Source: Candidatus Sumerlaeales bacterium (GTDB lineage Bacteria; Sumerlaeota; Sumerlaeia; Sumerlaeales; Sumerlaeaceae). Taken from it: a DNA stretch of 32,548 nt. Location: contig JBBSQY010000039.1 in the NCBI GenBank assembly GCA_038243585.1, positions 1-32,548 of the forward strand, given 5' to 3'. A program made the translations under genes and the position numbers. The notes under the pieces were generated by a model. It made no database searches. It saw only the letters and a list, made by a program, of their open reading frames with translations, and was not told the DNA's origin. Every line of letters begins with the position of its first letter. Position 1 is the stretch's first letter. Positions 1-8,724 of the stretch are shown here, piece after piece.

Positions 1-1
1 G

Positions 2-196
2 CTGCTATATGAACCAGAAGAGGATGGATCTCTGGCTGCGGCTATTGCGCGCGCTTGCGCCATGACCCCGGCAGAGCTTCGCGAACTGGGAATATTGGGG
101 AAGGCGGCGGTTCAGGAGCCAGGATGGGCTGAAATTGGAAGAATGACGGCAGATTTTTACAAAGGGATGATCAAGGGCCGGGCCGGAAATCAATAA
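2..196 (+). CDS. C-terminal fragment of a probable GT-B (family 4-like) glycosyltransferase, truncated by the window start
   Basis: Not in the ORF track. Frame 2 reads LLYEPEEDGSLAAAIARACAMTPAELRELGILGKAAVQEPGWAEIGRMTADFYKGMIKGRAGNQ*, with TAA at 194-196. The pattern 'LYEP..D..LAAAI...L..G......W..I...T...Y' is typical of GT4 C-termini, and the fragment sits upstream of sulfotransferases. Confidence 0.65.
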   Translation: MLYEPEEDGSLAAAIARACAMTPAELRELGILGKAAVQEPGWAEIGRMTADFYKGMIKGRAGNQ

Positions 197-225
197 TTGT
201 ATTTTGGGAGGGTAACAACCACTCG

Positions 226-1140
226 ATGACCCGTCTAATCCACAATATCAGGACCAGCCTGTTAACGCGCTACCCGCTGCATGGTTCGCAGCGGTATAAC
301 GCCTTCTTTATTGTGGGAGCGCCCCGGAGCGGCACTACGCTGATGCGCCGCATTCTGACTGCCTCGCCGCGGCTGCACATCCCGCCGGAAACAAAGGTGA
401 TGGGCCAGGTGGTCGAGCAGTGGAAGAAGTATCAAAACTTGAGCTGGCCGGATCTGGTGACTCTTGCGCTTGGCACATTTTCCACGCATAATCGCAAAGA
501 CCATTTCGACCTTGATTTTTATGAGCTGTTTTTACGGATTAAAAAGTGGAAGTCGTCTGACCGCAACCTGGCGGCGGTTATTGACGCCATTGTTCGTTAT
601 CACGCGGAAGTGCACAATGTGGATTGCTTCCGGTGGGCGGATAAGTCTCCCGGTCACAGCACGGCCATGGAAGAGATTTTGCAGGCGTTTCCCGATGCCC
701 GGTTTATCCATATGCAGCGCGATGGGGTGGACAGCATCGCCAGCTGGAAAGCTCGCGGCCTGGACGACAGCCTGGAGATCACGGCTCGCCGTTGGGCCAC
801 TTATGGAAAAACTGTGCGGGAATTTGGATTGCGGCATCCCGGTCTTGTCCATGTGGTTCGATATGAGCAATTGGTGGAGCAACCGGAAAAAGTGGTTTCC
901 GCGGCTTGCGATTTTCTCGGCCTGCATTATGATCCATCCATGCTGACAACCACGGAACACATGAACAAAATCAGCGACTTGCTTTCCCAGGATCATATGT
1001 TGAATGCCGTGAAACCCATCAGCACAAACAGCATTGGTCGCGGGCGGGCGAGCCTTTCGTCGGATGAGCTTTTGCAGCTGCAATCGATTATCGGGCCGGA
1101 GCTTGAACGGTCCGGATATCTCCCGGCTGACGCCGGTTAG
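226..1140 (+). CDS. PAPS-dependent sulfotransferase (Sulfotransfer_3-like), paralog 1
   Basis: 5'-PSB loop IVGAPRSGTTL, WADKSP, 3'-PB motif FIHMQRDGVDSIAS, VRYEQLV..PE...CDFLG; RBS GGGAGG upstream. Confidence 0.9.
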   Translation: MTRLIHNIRTSLLTRYPLHGSQRYNAFFIVGAPRSGTTLMRRILTASPRLHIPPETKVMGQVVEQWKKYQNLSWPDLVTLALGTFSTHNRKDHFDLDFYELFLRIKKWKSSDRNLAAVIDAIVRYHAEVHNVDCFRWADKSPGHSTAMEEILQAFPDARFIHMQRDGVDSIASWKARGLDDSLEITARRWATYGKTVREFGLRHPGLVHVVRYEQLVEQPEKVVSAACDFLGLHYDPSMLTTTEHMNKISDLLSQDHMLNAVKPISTNSIGRGRASLSSDELLQLQSIIGPELERSGYLPADAG

Positions 1141-1171
1141 TTTTACAAATTCGAAAGGTAACCCGTAACAC

Positions 1172-2101
1172 ATGAGCCAATTACTCCACAATATCAGAAC
1201 CGCCGTTTTACCCCGGTATCCGCTTCACGGCCGGGAAAGATATGGGGCGTTTTTTATTGTCGGAGCTGCGCGGAGCGGCACCACTCTGATGCGCCGGATA
1301 CTGGCGACGTCGCCGGGGCTTCACATTCCGCCGGAGACAAAAGTGATGGGCAAGGTGGTTCACCAGTGGAAGAATTACCAAAACCTGGAGTGGACAGAGC
1401 TGCTGACTCTTGTGCTGGGAATGTTCGAGTTCCACACCGGCTTTGTGCGTTTCGAAATGTCGTTGCGGGAGTTGTTGCCGCGCCTGAAAAAATCAAAGAC
1501 TCCAGAGCGGAACCTGGCTGCGGTAATCGATGCCATCGTGCGATATCACGCGGAAGTGCATGGGCTTGAATGTGTGCGCTGGGCAGACAAAACCCCGGCC
1601 CACAGCCTTGCCATGGACGAGATATTGCAGGTGTTTCCCGATGCGCTGTTTATCCATATGCTGCGGGACGGCGTGGACAGCGTGGCCAGTGGCAAAGAAA
1701 ACAAACTTTATGATAACCTGGAGTTCGCGTCGCAGCGCTGGAAGTCCTACGTTACGGCCATCGGTGATTTTACAGCCAGGCACTCGGACCGGGTGCATGT
1801 GGTTCGCTATGAAGAGCTGGCTCGCACGCCGGAAGCTGTGGTTCCCGGTGTTTGTCAGTTTCTGGGTCTGCCCTATGATCCGACAATGCTGGACGATACG
1901 GCTCAACTGGGAAAGATAAACGATGTGCTTACTCAGGACCATCATCAAAACATATCCAAGCCCATCAACACCAGCAGCATCGGGCGGGGCCGCACGCGTC
2001 TGAGCCCGGATGATCTGAAACTGGTGCAGTCGGTCATTGGCCAGGATCTGAAAAAGTGGGGATACGCCCCTGCGGATGAAATAGCCGAGGCGAAGCTTTA
2101 A
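1172..2101 (+). CDS. PAPS-dependent sulfotransferase (Sulfotransfer_3-like), paralog 2
   Basis: IVGAARSGTTL, WADKTP, FIHMLRDGVDSVAS, VRYEELA..PE; collinear with 226..1140. Confidence 0.9.
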   Translation: MSQLLHNIRTAVLPRYPLHGRERYGAFFIVGAARSGTTLMRRILATSPGLHIPPETKVMGKVVHQWKNYQNLEWTELLTLVLGMFEFHTGFVRFEMSLRELLPRLKKSKTPERNLAAVIDAIVRYHAEVHGLECVRWADKTPAHSLAMDEILQVFPDALFIHMLRDGVDSVASGKENKLYDNLEFASQRWKSYVTAIGDFTARHSDRVHVVRYEELARTPEAVVPGVCQFLGLPYDPTMLDDTAQLGKINDVLTQDHHQNISKPINTSSIGRGRTRLSPDDLKLVQSVIGQDLKKWGYAPADEIAEAKL

Positions 2102-2171
2102 CAGGATAGCCTGACTTTGGTCGGGCCGTGTTTTATCCAGGTGTAAAAAAAGCGCCCCGTGCTGCGGATTT

Positions 2172-2207
2172 TTGGACTGAATGGACTTTATGGACATTAT
2201 CGACTTT
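2172..2207. repeat. 9-bp-periodic array (4 units, GGAC core)
   Basis: Units ttGGACtga atGGACttt atGGACatt atCGACttt, with cores at 2174, 2183, 2192 and 2201. Confidence 0.8.
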
Positions 2208-2256
2208 TGAAGCCAATGGGTAGTGGCTAATGAATGATTTTTATGATTTTTCCGGG

Positions 2257-2895
2257 TTACGGATTTTCTCTTTTGGAGGTTCTTACCCGGTAGAGGCGTT
2301 CGGTGAAACCTCCTTTTTCTTCGAAGGCTTTAGCCTGGGTCGCTATTTGGCGGGTAAGCAGGTTGCACGCAATTTCAATTAACGTTAGCGACGCGTTTGC
2401 GGCCATGCAGGCATACACAGAAGATTGCCTCGCCCGCAGCGAATCGTTCGATGAGTGTCGGCCGGTTAGCCCAGATTGTCCATTCTGTCCATCTCGTCCA
2501 TGAAGTTCATCTTCCAGGCATATCCACTGTATCCATGCAGCCACTTCATCCGCGGTGCGGAAGCGCTTTGCCGCCAGCATCTTTCGGTATTTGTGATCTG
2601 GCGGCCATTGGACCAAGCCATTTTGACGGAGAAAATCTTCGTAGTCTAGCTTCAACTCTTCCAGTGATGCTCGGGCTACATTGGTCAGCTTGATCTCAGT
2701 CTTTTTTGACGTCGCTGACGCCTTGCTTCCTTCTGCGATGTTTTGCACTCCACTGCGCGCTGCCTGCACCATTTGATCTTTTGTGCGGCTATAAGGATGG
2801 ATGTAACGGTCGCAAAAGCGGACGGTTATATCATATGCCAACTGCGCAACCTGGAAGCTTATGAGGCTACGATAACCACCATGGGGAAGAATCAA
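2257..2895 (-). CDS. Four-helix-bundle protein (23S rRNA IVP/Avd-like family) with C-terminal 'four helix bundle suffix' domain
   Basis: HGGYRSL..FQ, RTKDQMVQAARSGVQNIAEGS, TEIKLTNVARASLEELKLDYEDFLRQ, and C-terminal LL.RQI....AFEEKGGFTERLYR.R. Start is uncertain: TTG at 2895, with no in-frame ATG before the upstream stop. Confidence 0.88.
   Translation of the reverse strand: MILPHGGYRSLISFQVAQLAYDITVRFCDRYIHPYSRTKDQMVQAARSGVQNIAEGSKASATSKKTEIKLTNVARASLEELKLDYEDFLRQNGLVQWPPDHKYRKMLAAKRFRTADEVAAWIQWICLEDELHGRDGQNGQSGLTGRHSSNDSLRARQSSVYACMAANASLTLIEIACNLLTRQIATQAKAFEEKGGFTERLYRVRTSKRENP
2469..2510. repeat. 9-bp-periodic array inside the four-helix-bundle CDS (5 units, GTCC core on +)
   Basis: Cores GCCC 2469, GTCC 2478, 2487 and 2496, GTTC 2505; encodes ELHGRDGQNGQSGL on the minus strand. 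Confidence 0.75.
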
Positions 2896-2979
2896 TGGGT
2901 CGGGGGGCGTTGTCAGGCTGGAACTCTCAGTGTTGGATCAGGTACCGATGAGGGATTGCAGGTGTGCGGTCAAGGAGAA

Positions 2980-3097
2980 ATGGGCTTTATGGACATGATG
3001 GACAAAATGGACGATCCGGACATAACGGATATAAAATATAACAGGTCCAAAAAGTCCATAAGGTCCATTTTGTCCATCGAGTCCATAGAGTCCATTT
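2980..3097. repeat. Inverted pair of 9-bp-periodic arrays (6 GGAC-type units, AT-rich spacer, 6 GTCC units)
   Basis: GGGC/GGAC/GGAT cores at 2982, 2991, 3000, 3009, 3018 and 3027; GTCC cores at 3045, 3054, 3063, 3072, 3081 and 3090. Confidence 0.9.
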
Positions 3098-3195
3098 TCG
3101 CGCCGGAATAAAACCTGCTGCAACTATTCCATTGAGACTTAGTCCGCTAACGCGGCACTTAACTTAACTATCGTGAAAGACGAGGAACAGGTTCT

Positions 3196-4203
3196 ATGGA
3201 AATCGGGATGATCGGGCTGGGGCGCATGGGCGCCAATATGTCGCGCCGACTAACAGAGGGCGGTCACAAGGTTGTCGGTTACGACCGGGATCCCGCCGCC
3301 GCTGCGGCCCTGACGGAGTACGGCGTTACCTCTGCGGCTTCCCTGGAAGAACTGGTAGAGGCCTTGCCCGCACCGCGTACCGTTTGGATTATGGTGCCCG
3401 CCGGCGGGCCGACGGAGCTGACCGTTCAGAGCCTGACCGACCTCCTCCAACCTGACGATGTCATCATCGACGGCGGCAACAGCAATTATAAGGATGACGC
3501 TCGCCGCGCGAAGGTCATGGGGCCAACCGGAATTCACTATATGGACGTCGGGACCAGCGGCGGCCTTTGGGGGCTTGAGCGCGGCTACTGTCTGATGATT
3601 GGCGGAGAAGAAAAAACCTTTAAGCGAATCGAGCCAATTTTCAAAACTCTCGCTCCAGGTCAGGGAACCATAGAAGTAACCCCTGGACGAGCCGAATCAG
3701 GCCTTAGCGACACGGCGGATAATGGTTACATCTACTGCGGCCCTGCTGGTGCCGGACATTTTGTGAAGATGATTCACAACGGTATCGAATACGGAATGAT
3801 GCAGGCCTTTGCGGAAGGTTTTGATATTATGAAAAACGCTAACAGCACAGCTTTAGCGGAAGAACTGAGATATGACCTGAATCTGGGTGACATCGCCGAA
3901 GTTTGGCGGCGGGGGAGCGTTGTGTCTAGCTGGCTCCTTGATCTCGCGGCAATCTCCCTGACGCAGCAGCCCACGCTGGATGGCTACAACGGCCGTGTTC
4001 AGGACAGCGGGGAGGGTCGCTGGACGGTGGAAGCGGCCATCGATGAAGCCGTTCCTGCTCATGTGCTCACGGCCGCGCTCTATGCCCGGTTCCGCTCACG
4101 TCAGGAAAACTCTTTCGCAGATCGCCTTCTATCCGCCCTGCGATTCCAGTTTGGCGGTCATACCGAGAAACCTCTCGAGAAAAAAGCCCATACCCCTGTT
4201 TAA
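3196..4203 (+). CDS. gnd: 6-phosphogluconate dehydrogenase, decarboxylating (short YqeC/GntZ-like form)
   Basis: [11 protein letters not shown]ossmann motif, [44 protein letters not shown], terminal R.QFGGH; RBS GAGGA. Confidence 0.95.
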   Translation: MEIGMIGLGRMGANMSRRLTEGGHKVVGYDRDPAAAAALTEYGVTSAASLEELVEALPAPRTVWIMVPAGGPTELTVQSLTDLLQPDDVIIDGGNSNYKDDARRAKVMGPTGIHYMDVGTSGGLWGLERGYCLMIGGEEKTFKRIEPIFKTLAPGQGTIEVTPGRAESGLSDTADNGYIYCGPAGAGHFVKMIHNGIEYGMMQAFAEGFDIMKNANSTALAEELRYDLNLGDIAEVWRRGSVVSSWLLDLAAISLTQQPTLDGYNGRVQDSGEGRWTVEAAIDEAVPAHVLTAALYARFRSRQENSFADRLLSALRFQFGGHTEKPLEKKAHTPV

Positions 4204-4239
4204 TCAGCCGCACATCCGATGCACCCATAGGATCCGACA

Positions 4240-5820
4240 ATGTCACCCAAAGTACTAAAAGAGCCCAAATCGCAGCCACTACCTGCTATACATGAGAAGC
4301 CTCATGACCCAGAACAAGCCGGCAATCCACGTCCAGCCGGGCCGTGTGTCGTTGTCATATTTGGTGCTTCTGGCGATCTAGCCAAGCGCAAACTGTTGCC
4401 GTCTCTCTATAACCTCCAGGTAAACGGTCTGCTGCCCGATGAGTTTGCCGTTCTGGGCGTTGCCCGCTCAGAGATGTCAGACGCCTCTTTTCGGAAAAAA
4501 ATGGCGGAGGGGTTAAAGCAACACGGGACGGTTAAGATCGATCCGGCTGAACTCAAGAAGTTCGAATCGCGCCTTTTTTATCAGCAGGCGGATTATACGG
4601 AGGCGTCGACCTACAAAACCTTAAAAAGCCGGCTGGCCGATCTGGACGAAAAACTGAAAACCGGCGGCAATTATCTCTATTACCTTAGCGTCCCCCCGGA
4701 AGTGTTTGACGATATAACCAATGCGCTTGGCAAGAATGGCCTTGTGAAGGAAGAAAACGGTCAGTGGCGCCGGGTGATAGTTGAAAAGCCCTTTGGCACG
4801 GACTATGATTCTGCTGTGGAACTGAACCGCAAGCTTTCTGCCGTGCTGACGGAACAGCAGACGTTTCGCATTGATCATTACCTGGGAAAAGAAACCGTAC
4901 AAAATCTCCTGGTGTTTCGCTTCGGCAACGGCATTTTCGAGCCAATCTGGAACCGCCGCTACATTGACCACGTGCAGATAACAGTGGCGGAAAGCATCGG
5001 TGTCGAACGCCGGGGATCTTTTTACGAATCCGCTGGGGCCCTGCGCGATGTGATGCAAAACCATATGCTGATGTTGCTAAGCCTGGTGGCCATGGAGCCG
5101 CCGACTTCGCTCCAGGGAGAGAGCGTCCGGCGGGAAAAAACGAAGGTCCTCGAAGCCATAAAAATCATGTCGAGCGAGGACGTGCTGAGGAACGCTGTGC
5201 GAGGGCAATACAGCTCGGGTACGGTGGAAGGCGATCAGGCCGTCGCATACCGAAGTGAGGAAGGTGTCGACCCCGAAAGCCCTGTTGAAACTTTTGCGGC
5301 GCTTAAACTCGAAATCGAGAATTGGCGTTGGGCGGGTGTGCCCTTTTATCTTCGAACGGGAAAGCGCATGGCCAATCGGAATACGCAGATCATGATCCAG
5401 TTTCGCGAAGCGCCTCTGCCATTGTATGGGGGTTCTCGCATGAGCCGCATCGGACCGAATCGGCTGCTCATGCACATCCAGCCTTGCGAGGGAATCACTC
5501 TCCAGGTTCGCGCGAAAACGCCAGGGCCAACCCTGCGAACGTCGCCCGTAGGTCTGAATTTTAATTACAGTGACCTCGGTGCTACGCCGTCGACGGGTTA
5601 CGAAACGTTGCTCTATGACTGCATGATGAACGACGCCACCTTGTTCCATCGCATCGATACGGTATTGAATTCCTGGCAGGTGGTGCAGCCAGTTCTCGAC
5701 GTTTGGAACAGCATTCCGCCGCGGGAATTTCCTAATTACAGCTCTGGATCCTGGGGTCCCCAGGCGGCGGAGGATTTGATAGAAAGAGACGGCCACACCT
5801 GGTGGAAACCGGGTTGCTGA
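4240..5820 (+). CDS. zwf: Glucose-6-phosphate 1-dehydrogenase
   Basis: IFGASGDLAKRKL.P, EKPFG, RIDHYLGKETVQN, RDVMQNH, WRWAGVPFYLRTGKR. Confidence 0.97.
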   Translation: MSPKVLKEPKSQPLPAIHEKPHDPEQAGNPRPAGPCVVVIFGASGDLAKRKLLPSLYNLQVNGLLPDEFAVLGVARSEMSDASFRKKMAEGLKQHGTVKIDPAELKKFESRLFYQQADYTEASTYKTLKSRLADLDEKLKTGGNYLYYLSVPPEVFDDITNALGKNGLVKEENGQWRRVIVEKPFGTDYDSAVELNRKLSAVLTEQQTFRIDHYLGKETVQNLLVFRFGNGIFEPIWNRRYIDHVQITVAESIGVERRGSFYESAGALRDVMQNHMLMLLSLVAMEPPTSLQGESVRREKTKVLEAIKIMSSEDVLRNAVRGQYSSGTVEGDQAVAYRSEEGVDPESPVETFAALKLEIENWRWAGVPFYLRTGKRMANRNTQIMIQFREAPLPLYGGSRMSRIGPNRLLMHIQPCEGITLQVRAKTPGPTLRTSPVGLNFNYSDLGATPSTGYETLLYDCMMNDATLFHRIDTVLNSWQVVQPVLDVWNSIPPREFPNYSSGSWGPQAAEDLIERDGHTWWKPGC

Positions 5821-5838
5821 TAGAGAGGGTGCTTCGCT

Positions 5839-6609
5839 TTGACAATTGAAATTCTGAAGGATAAAGACGCGGTCGCCAGTCGGGCCGCGGAACTGATAAG
5901 TGCGGCAGCAGCGGCGCCAATATCAGATGAGTCTGCAACGTCCGGCCATTCTCAAACTCAATTCACCATCGCCCTCGCCGGCGGCTCCACTCCGAAGGTC
6001 TTATACCAGATGCTCAGTAGCCCGCCGTGGACAAGCCGTCTGCCGTGGGACCACATTCTCTGGTTCCTGGGCGACGAACGGTTCGTGGCTCCCGATCATC
6101 CGGACAGCAACTTCCGGATGATCCGGGAAACGCTGTTTGATCCGGCGTCAGTACCCTCGGCACAACAGTTCCCCATGCAAACTCAACTCGCCACGGCGGA
6201 GGCGACGGCGGAAGATTACGCCGCAAAGCTCTTGGATAATCTGGACTCCAGCGGCAACGGCGGCTATCCTGGAGTCCCTGCGTTTGATCTGGTGCTTTTA
6301 GGCATGGGAGATGATGGCCACACCGCATCATTGTTCCCGAATACCGCCGCGCTGGAAGAAGCAAAAGCCCCGGTCCTGGCGAACTACGTCGAGAAAATGA
6401 AGGCATGGAGAATCACCATCACACCCCCTGTGTTGCTGGCCGCCGGGCAACGGATTGTGATGGTCACCGGAGAAGAAAAAGCCGCGGCCCTGGCCCAGGT
6501 GCTCAATGGAGAGCTGAATGTCAGTCAATATCCTGCTCAGTTATTGCGCGATACCCACACCACATGGCTGGTAGACCAGAGCGCCGCTCATCTGCTTGAA
6601 GGTGCATAG
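5839..6609 (+). CDS. pgl: 6-phosphogluconolactonase (DevB/SOL type)
   Basis: IALAGGSTP, GDERFV..DHPDSNF, FDLVLLGMGDDGHTASLFP, RITIT; TTG start; third gene of the oxidative pentose phosphate operon. Confidence 0.93.
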   Translation: MTIEILKDKDAVASRAAELISAAAAAPISDESATSGHSQTQFTIALAGGSTPKVLYQMLSSPPWTSRLPWDHILWFLGDERFVAPDHPDSNFRMIRETLFDPASVPSAQQFPMQTQLATAEATAEDYAAKLLDNLDSSGNGGYPGVPAFDLVLLGMGDDGHTASLFPNTAALEEAKAPVLANYVEKMKAWRITITPPVLLAAGQRIVMVTGEEKAAALAQVLNGELNVSQYPAQLLRDTHTTWLVDQSAAHLLEGA

Positions 6610-6625
6610 GCGTCGCCCTTTTGAA

Positions 6626-6648
6626 GTAACATAGGCGTCTCGCCTGTG
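6626..6648 (+). repeat. REP-like palindrome between convergent genes
   Basis: GTAA followed by CATAGGCG-TCT-CGCCTGTG (8-bp stem, one G-T pair); a partial copy CATAGGCGTC lies at 6605-6614. Confidence 0.5.
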
Positions 6649-6702
6649 TCGTTCAATTACCACCGCAAAATTAATAGACGTGTCAGGGTAAACCTTTTGT
6701 AT

Positions 6703-7506
6703 TTACCCTTGCAGTGGGTTCTCGGTCTTTTCACCCGGCTGCTCTACCTTGCCCTTATGCTGCAATATCCGCGCAACCAGCAGACATATCAACGCCCATC
6801 CCAGCCCCGCCGCCCATCCCGCCAGGACATCCGTCGGATAATGCACGCCCAGATACACCCTCGTCAGCCCAACCAATATTGTTACCAGCATGGCCACACC
6901 CAATATGTACCCGCGAAGGAGTCTGCCCACTACCAGCCGACTGAGAAGCGCGCCCAGCGTTAGATATATTACAGCGCTCATCATGCTGTGACCGCTCGGG
7001 AAGCTGGCCGTATGCACATCCGCCAGGTGCGGCACCACATCCGGGCGCGCTCGGGAAAAGAACCCTTTGAGAGCCGAATTAAAAATCTGACCCCCGATAG
7101 CCGCCGCCCCGATAAGAAATAACGCCTTTCGCTTTTTCGCGAACCATAGAAACCCCAGGGTCACCAGCACGACAAAAATAAGTACGGTAGTGCCGCCAAG
7201 GGCCGTCACATCCAGCGCAGCCCCCTCCAGCCAGGATGGCCCAATGGTGCGGCTCATATCCGTAGGGTCGCGGAACCAGCGTAAAATGGCGGAATCGAAG
7301 CTTTCCGTTTCATTTTCCATCACCTCGTCGGCCAACTGAACAAATCCATAAATGCACGTGGCCGCCAGCAGAAAGCTCGCCAGCACATTGGTTTCCGAGA
7401 TAATCTTCCACCGGGGATTATCCGCTATCCGATTCCATTTATCCCATCGGGTTTCAGTTTCCGGTAGTTGAGGTTCCGCCGCCATTTTTTCCTCCAGAGT
7501 TACCAC
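6703..7506 (-). CDS. PAP2-family integral membrane phosphatase (undecaprenyl-PP/lipid phosphatase-like)
   Basis: Motif C1 KGFFSRARP, C2 SFPSGH, C3 TRVYLGVHYPTDV; several transmembrane helices. Confidence 0.92.
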   Translation of the reverse strand: MVTLEEKMAAEPQLPETETRWDKWNRIADNPRWKIISETNVLASFLLAATCIYGFVQLADEVMENETESFDSAILRWFRDPTDMSRTIGPSWLEGAALDVTALGGTTVLIFVVLVTLGFLWFAKKRKALFLIGAAAIGGQIFNSALKGFFSRARPDVVPHLADVHTASFPSGHSMMSAVIYLTLGALLSRLVVGRLLRGYILGVAMLVTILVGLTRVYLGVHYPTDVLAGWAAGLGWALICLLVARILQHKGKVEQPGEKTENPLQG

Positions 7507-7590
7507 AAAACATTACGATTCCAGCAGAGTAAGCATTTTTGCGGCCAGTTTTAGTTCGTCGATTAAAATTCCCACGAGAGTAAACATCTA

Positions 7591-8136
7591 TTGAGTGATT
7601 GGATTCCTGTTCCAGAGATTGAAAACGTGCTTATCGTATTGGCCACCCTTGCGGAGACGCCGGAAGATAGCGCGGCGGCGCCTGTCATGGCGCTGCTTGA
7701 GAAACTGAAAACCTGGCACGGCGCCGCTGTGTACGTATTTCACGATCCGCCCGAAGCCGGGGAGGTTTTGGAAGATGTTGATCCGGATATGGCTGCCCGT
7801 TTCGCACTTGCCGCCCAGATGTCTGACGTGAAAACGGAGGTTTGCCGCGACGCCTTCCGCCGCGTTTTCAGCCGTGCAACCGTGCAACGTGTGGTTCTCC
7901 TGGCGGATGATCATGGCGATATTGGCGTTGATCGGATTGATGAGCTTTTTTCAGCCCTTGATGGTGCGGATTTAATTTGGGATGGCATTTGGCCAAACCG
8001 TTTTGCTCTCGGTATGCGTGAGTTCCGAGCAGAAATATTTTCAGACCTTGACGCGGCGGAGCAGGATTTAAGGAAGACTGTTGAAGCTTTTGCCGTGGAA
8101 CAGAGCCTGGCGCTTCGGATGCCAAACCTGATGTGA
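7591..8136 (+). CDS. Hypothetical protein, divergent DUF2064/CofC-like (GT-A-like) fold
   Basis: C-terminal half VVLLADD...RIDELFSALDGADLIW.....FALGMR.....IFSD parallels the DUF2064 consensus (VVLIGSD.P.L....L..AF..L...DVVLGP..DGGYYLIGL...LF..I). Confidence 0.5.
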   Translation: MSDWIPVPEIENVLIVLATLAETPEDSAAAPVMALLEKLKTWHGAAVYVFHDPPEAGEVLEDVDPDMAARFALAAQMSDVKTEVCRDAFRRVFSRATVQRVVLLADDHGDIGVDRIDELFSALDGADLIWDGIWPNRFALGMREFRAEIFSDLDAAEQDLRKTVEAFAVEQSLALRMPNLM

Positions 8137-8294
8137 AGCAGGTCGTGCTCTTCTTTTCCTGGATTTGTCGATAACATATCAGTGTGATCTAACCCGCTTT
8201 TTCATTCTTTAAGGAAGAAAAAGTTTAGACTTTACATTGTCCATGGGCCATGCTGAATTTCTTCCATTACTGAATGACTTTTGGAGGCTCGTGC

Positions 8295-8585
8295 ATGAAA
8301 CTGGTCAAAATTACAGGAATGGCGTTTGTGGTAGCTGCCGCTCTGGCGCTCACCCCATCAACCGCGTCCGCTCACAGCTATGATTCCGACGACAGCGCGC
8401 ATCCGTTTCGCCTGATATCCTATCCGTTCCACGCCCTTGGGCGCGGCATCGAGCACGGCTTCACTCGCCCAGTGCACAAATGTGTTTCGCAGCCGCGTAA
8501 CCGCTACATCTACGGCCATGTTTCTCACCCGAGAACAGAAAACTATAACGGCGATTACGACATGTACCAGCGCAGCAGCTACTAG
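8295..8585 (+). CDS. Small secreted hypothetical protein (His/Tyr-rich)
   Basis: RBS GGAGG at 8283-8287 before ATG 8295; Sec signal peptide MKLVKITGMAFVVAAALALTPSTASA. Confidence 0.75.
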   Translation: MKLVKITGMAFVVAAALALTPSTASAHSYDSDDSAHPFRLISYPFHALGRGIEHGFTRPVHKCVSQPRNRYIYGHVSHPRTENYNGDYDMYQRSSY

Positions 8586-8724
8586 GGCTATTGGCGACCG
8601 CACGTCTGTAATTCGCAAGTGCTCTTCTGTGAACTTTCTTTCTATGCATTGGCGGTTTCTCTTGTATAGTCTCTGGCACGGGAGATTTGCTGTGCCTATT
8701 ACTATAAACGGAAAGCGATAAAAC

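Noticed and set aside
2172..3097. 9-bp arrays as a CRISPR array
   Set aside because: Units are 9 nt with 3-5 nt variable parts, far too short for repeat-spacer units, and there are no cas genes.
2743..3123. ORFs 2938..3123 (-) and 2743..3111 (+) as real genes
   Set aside because: Their periodic peptides (GLYGLDGQNG, MDMMDKMD, SILSIESIES) are simply translations of the 9-mer arrays, which lack stops in those frames.
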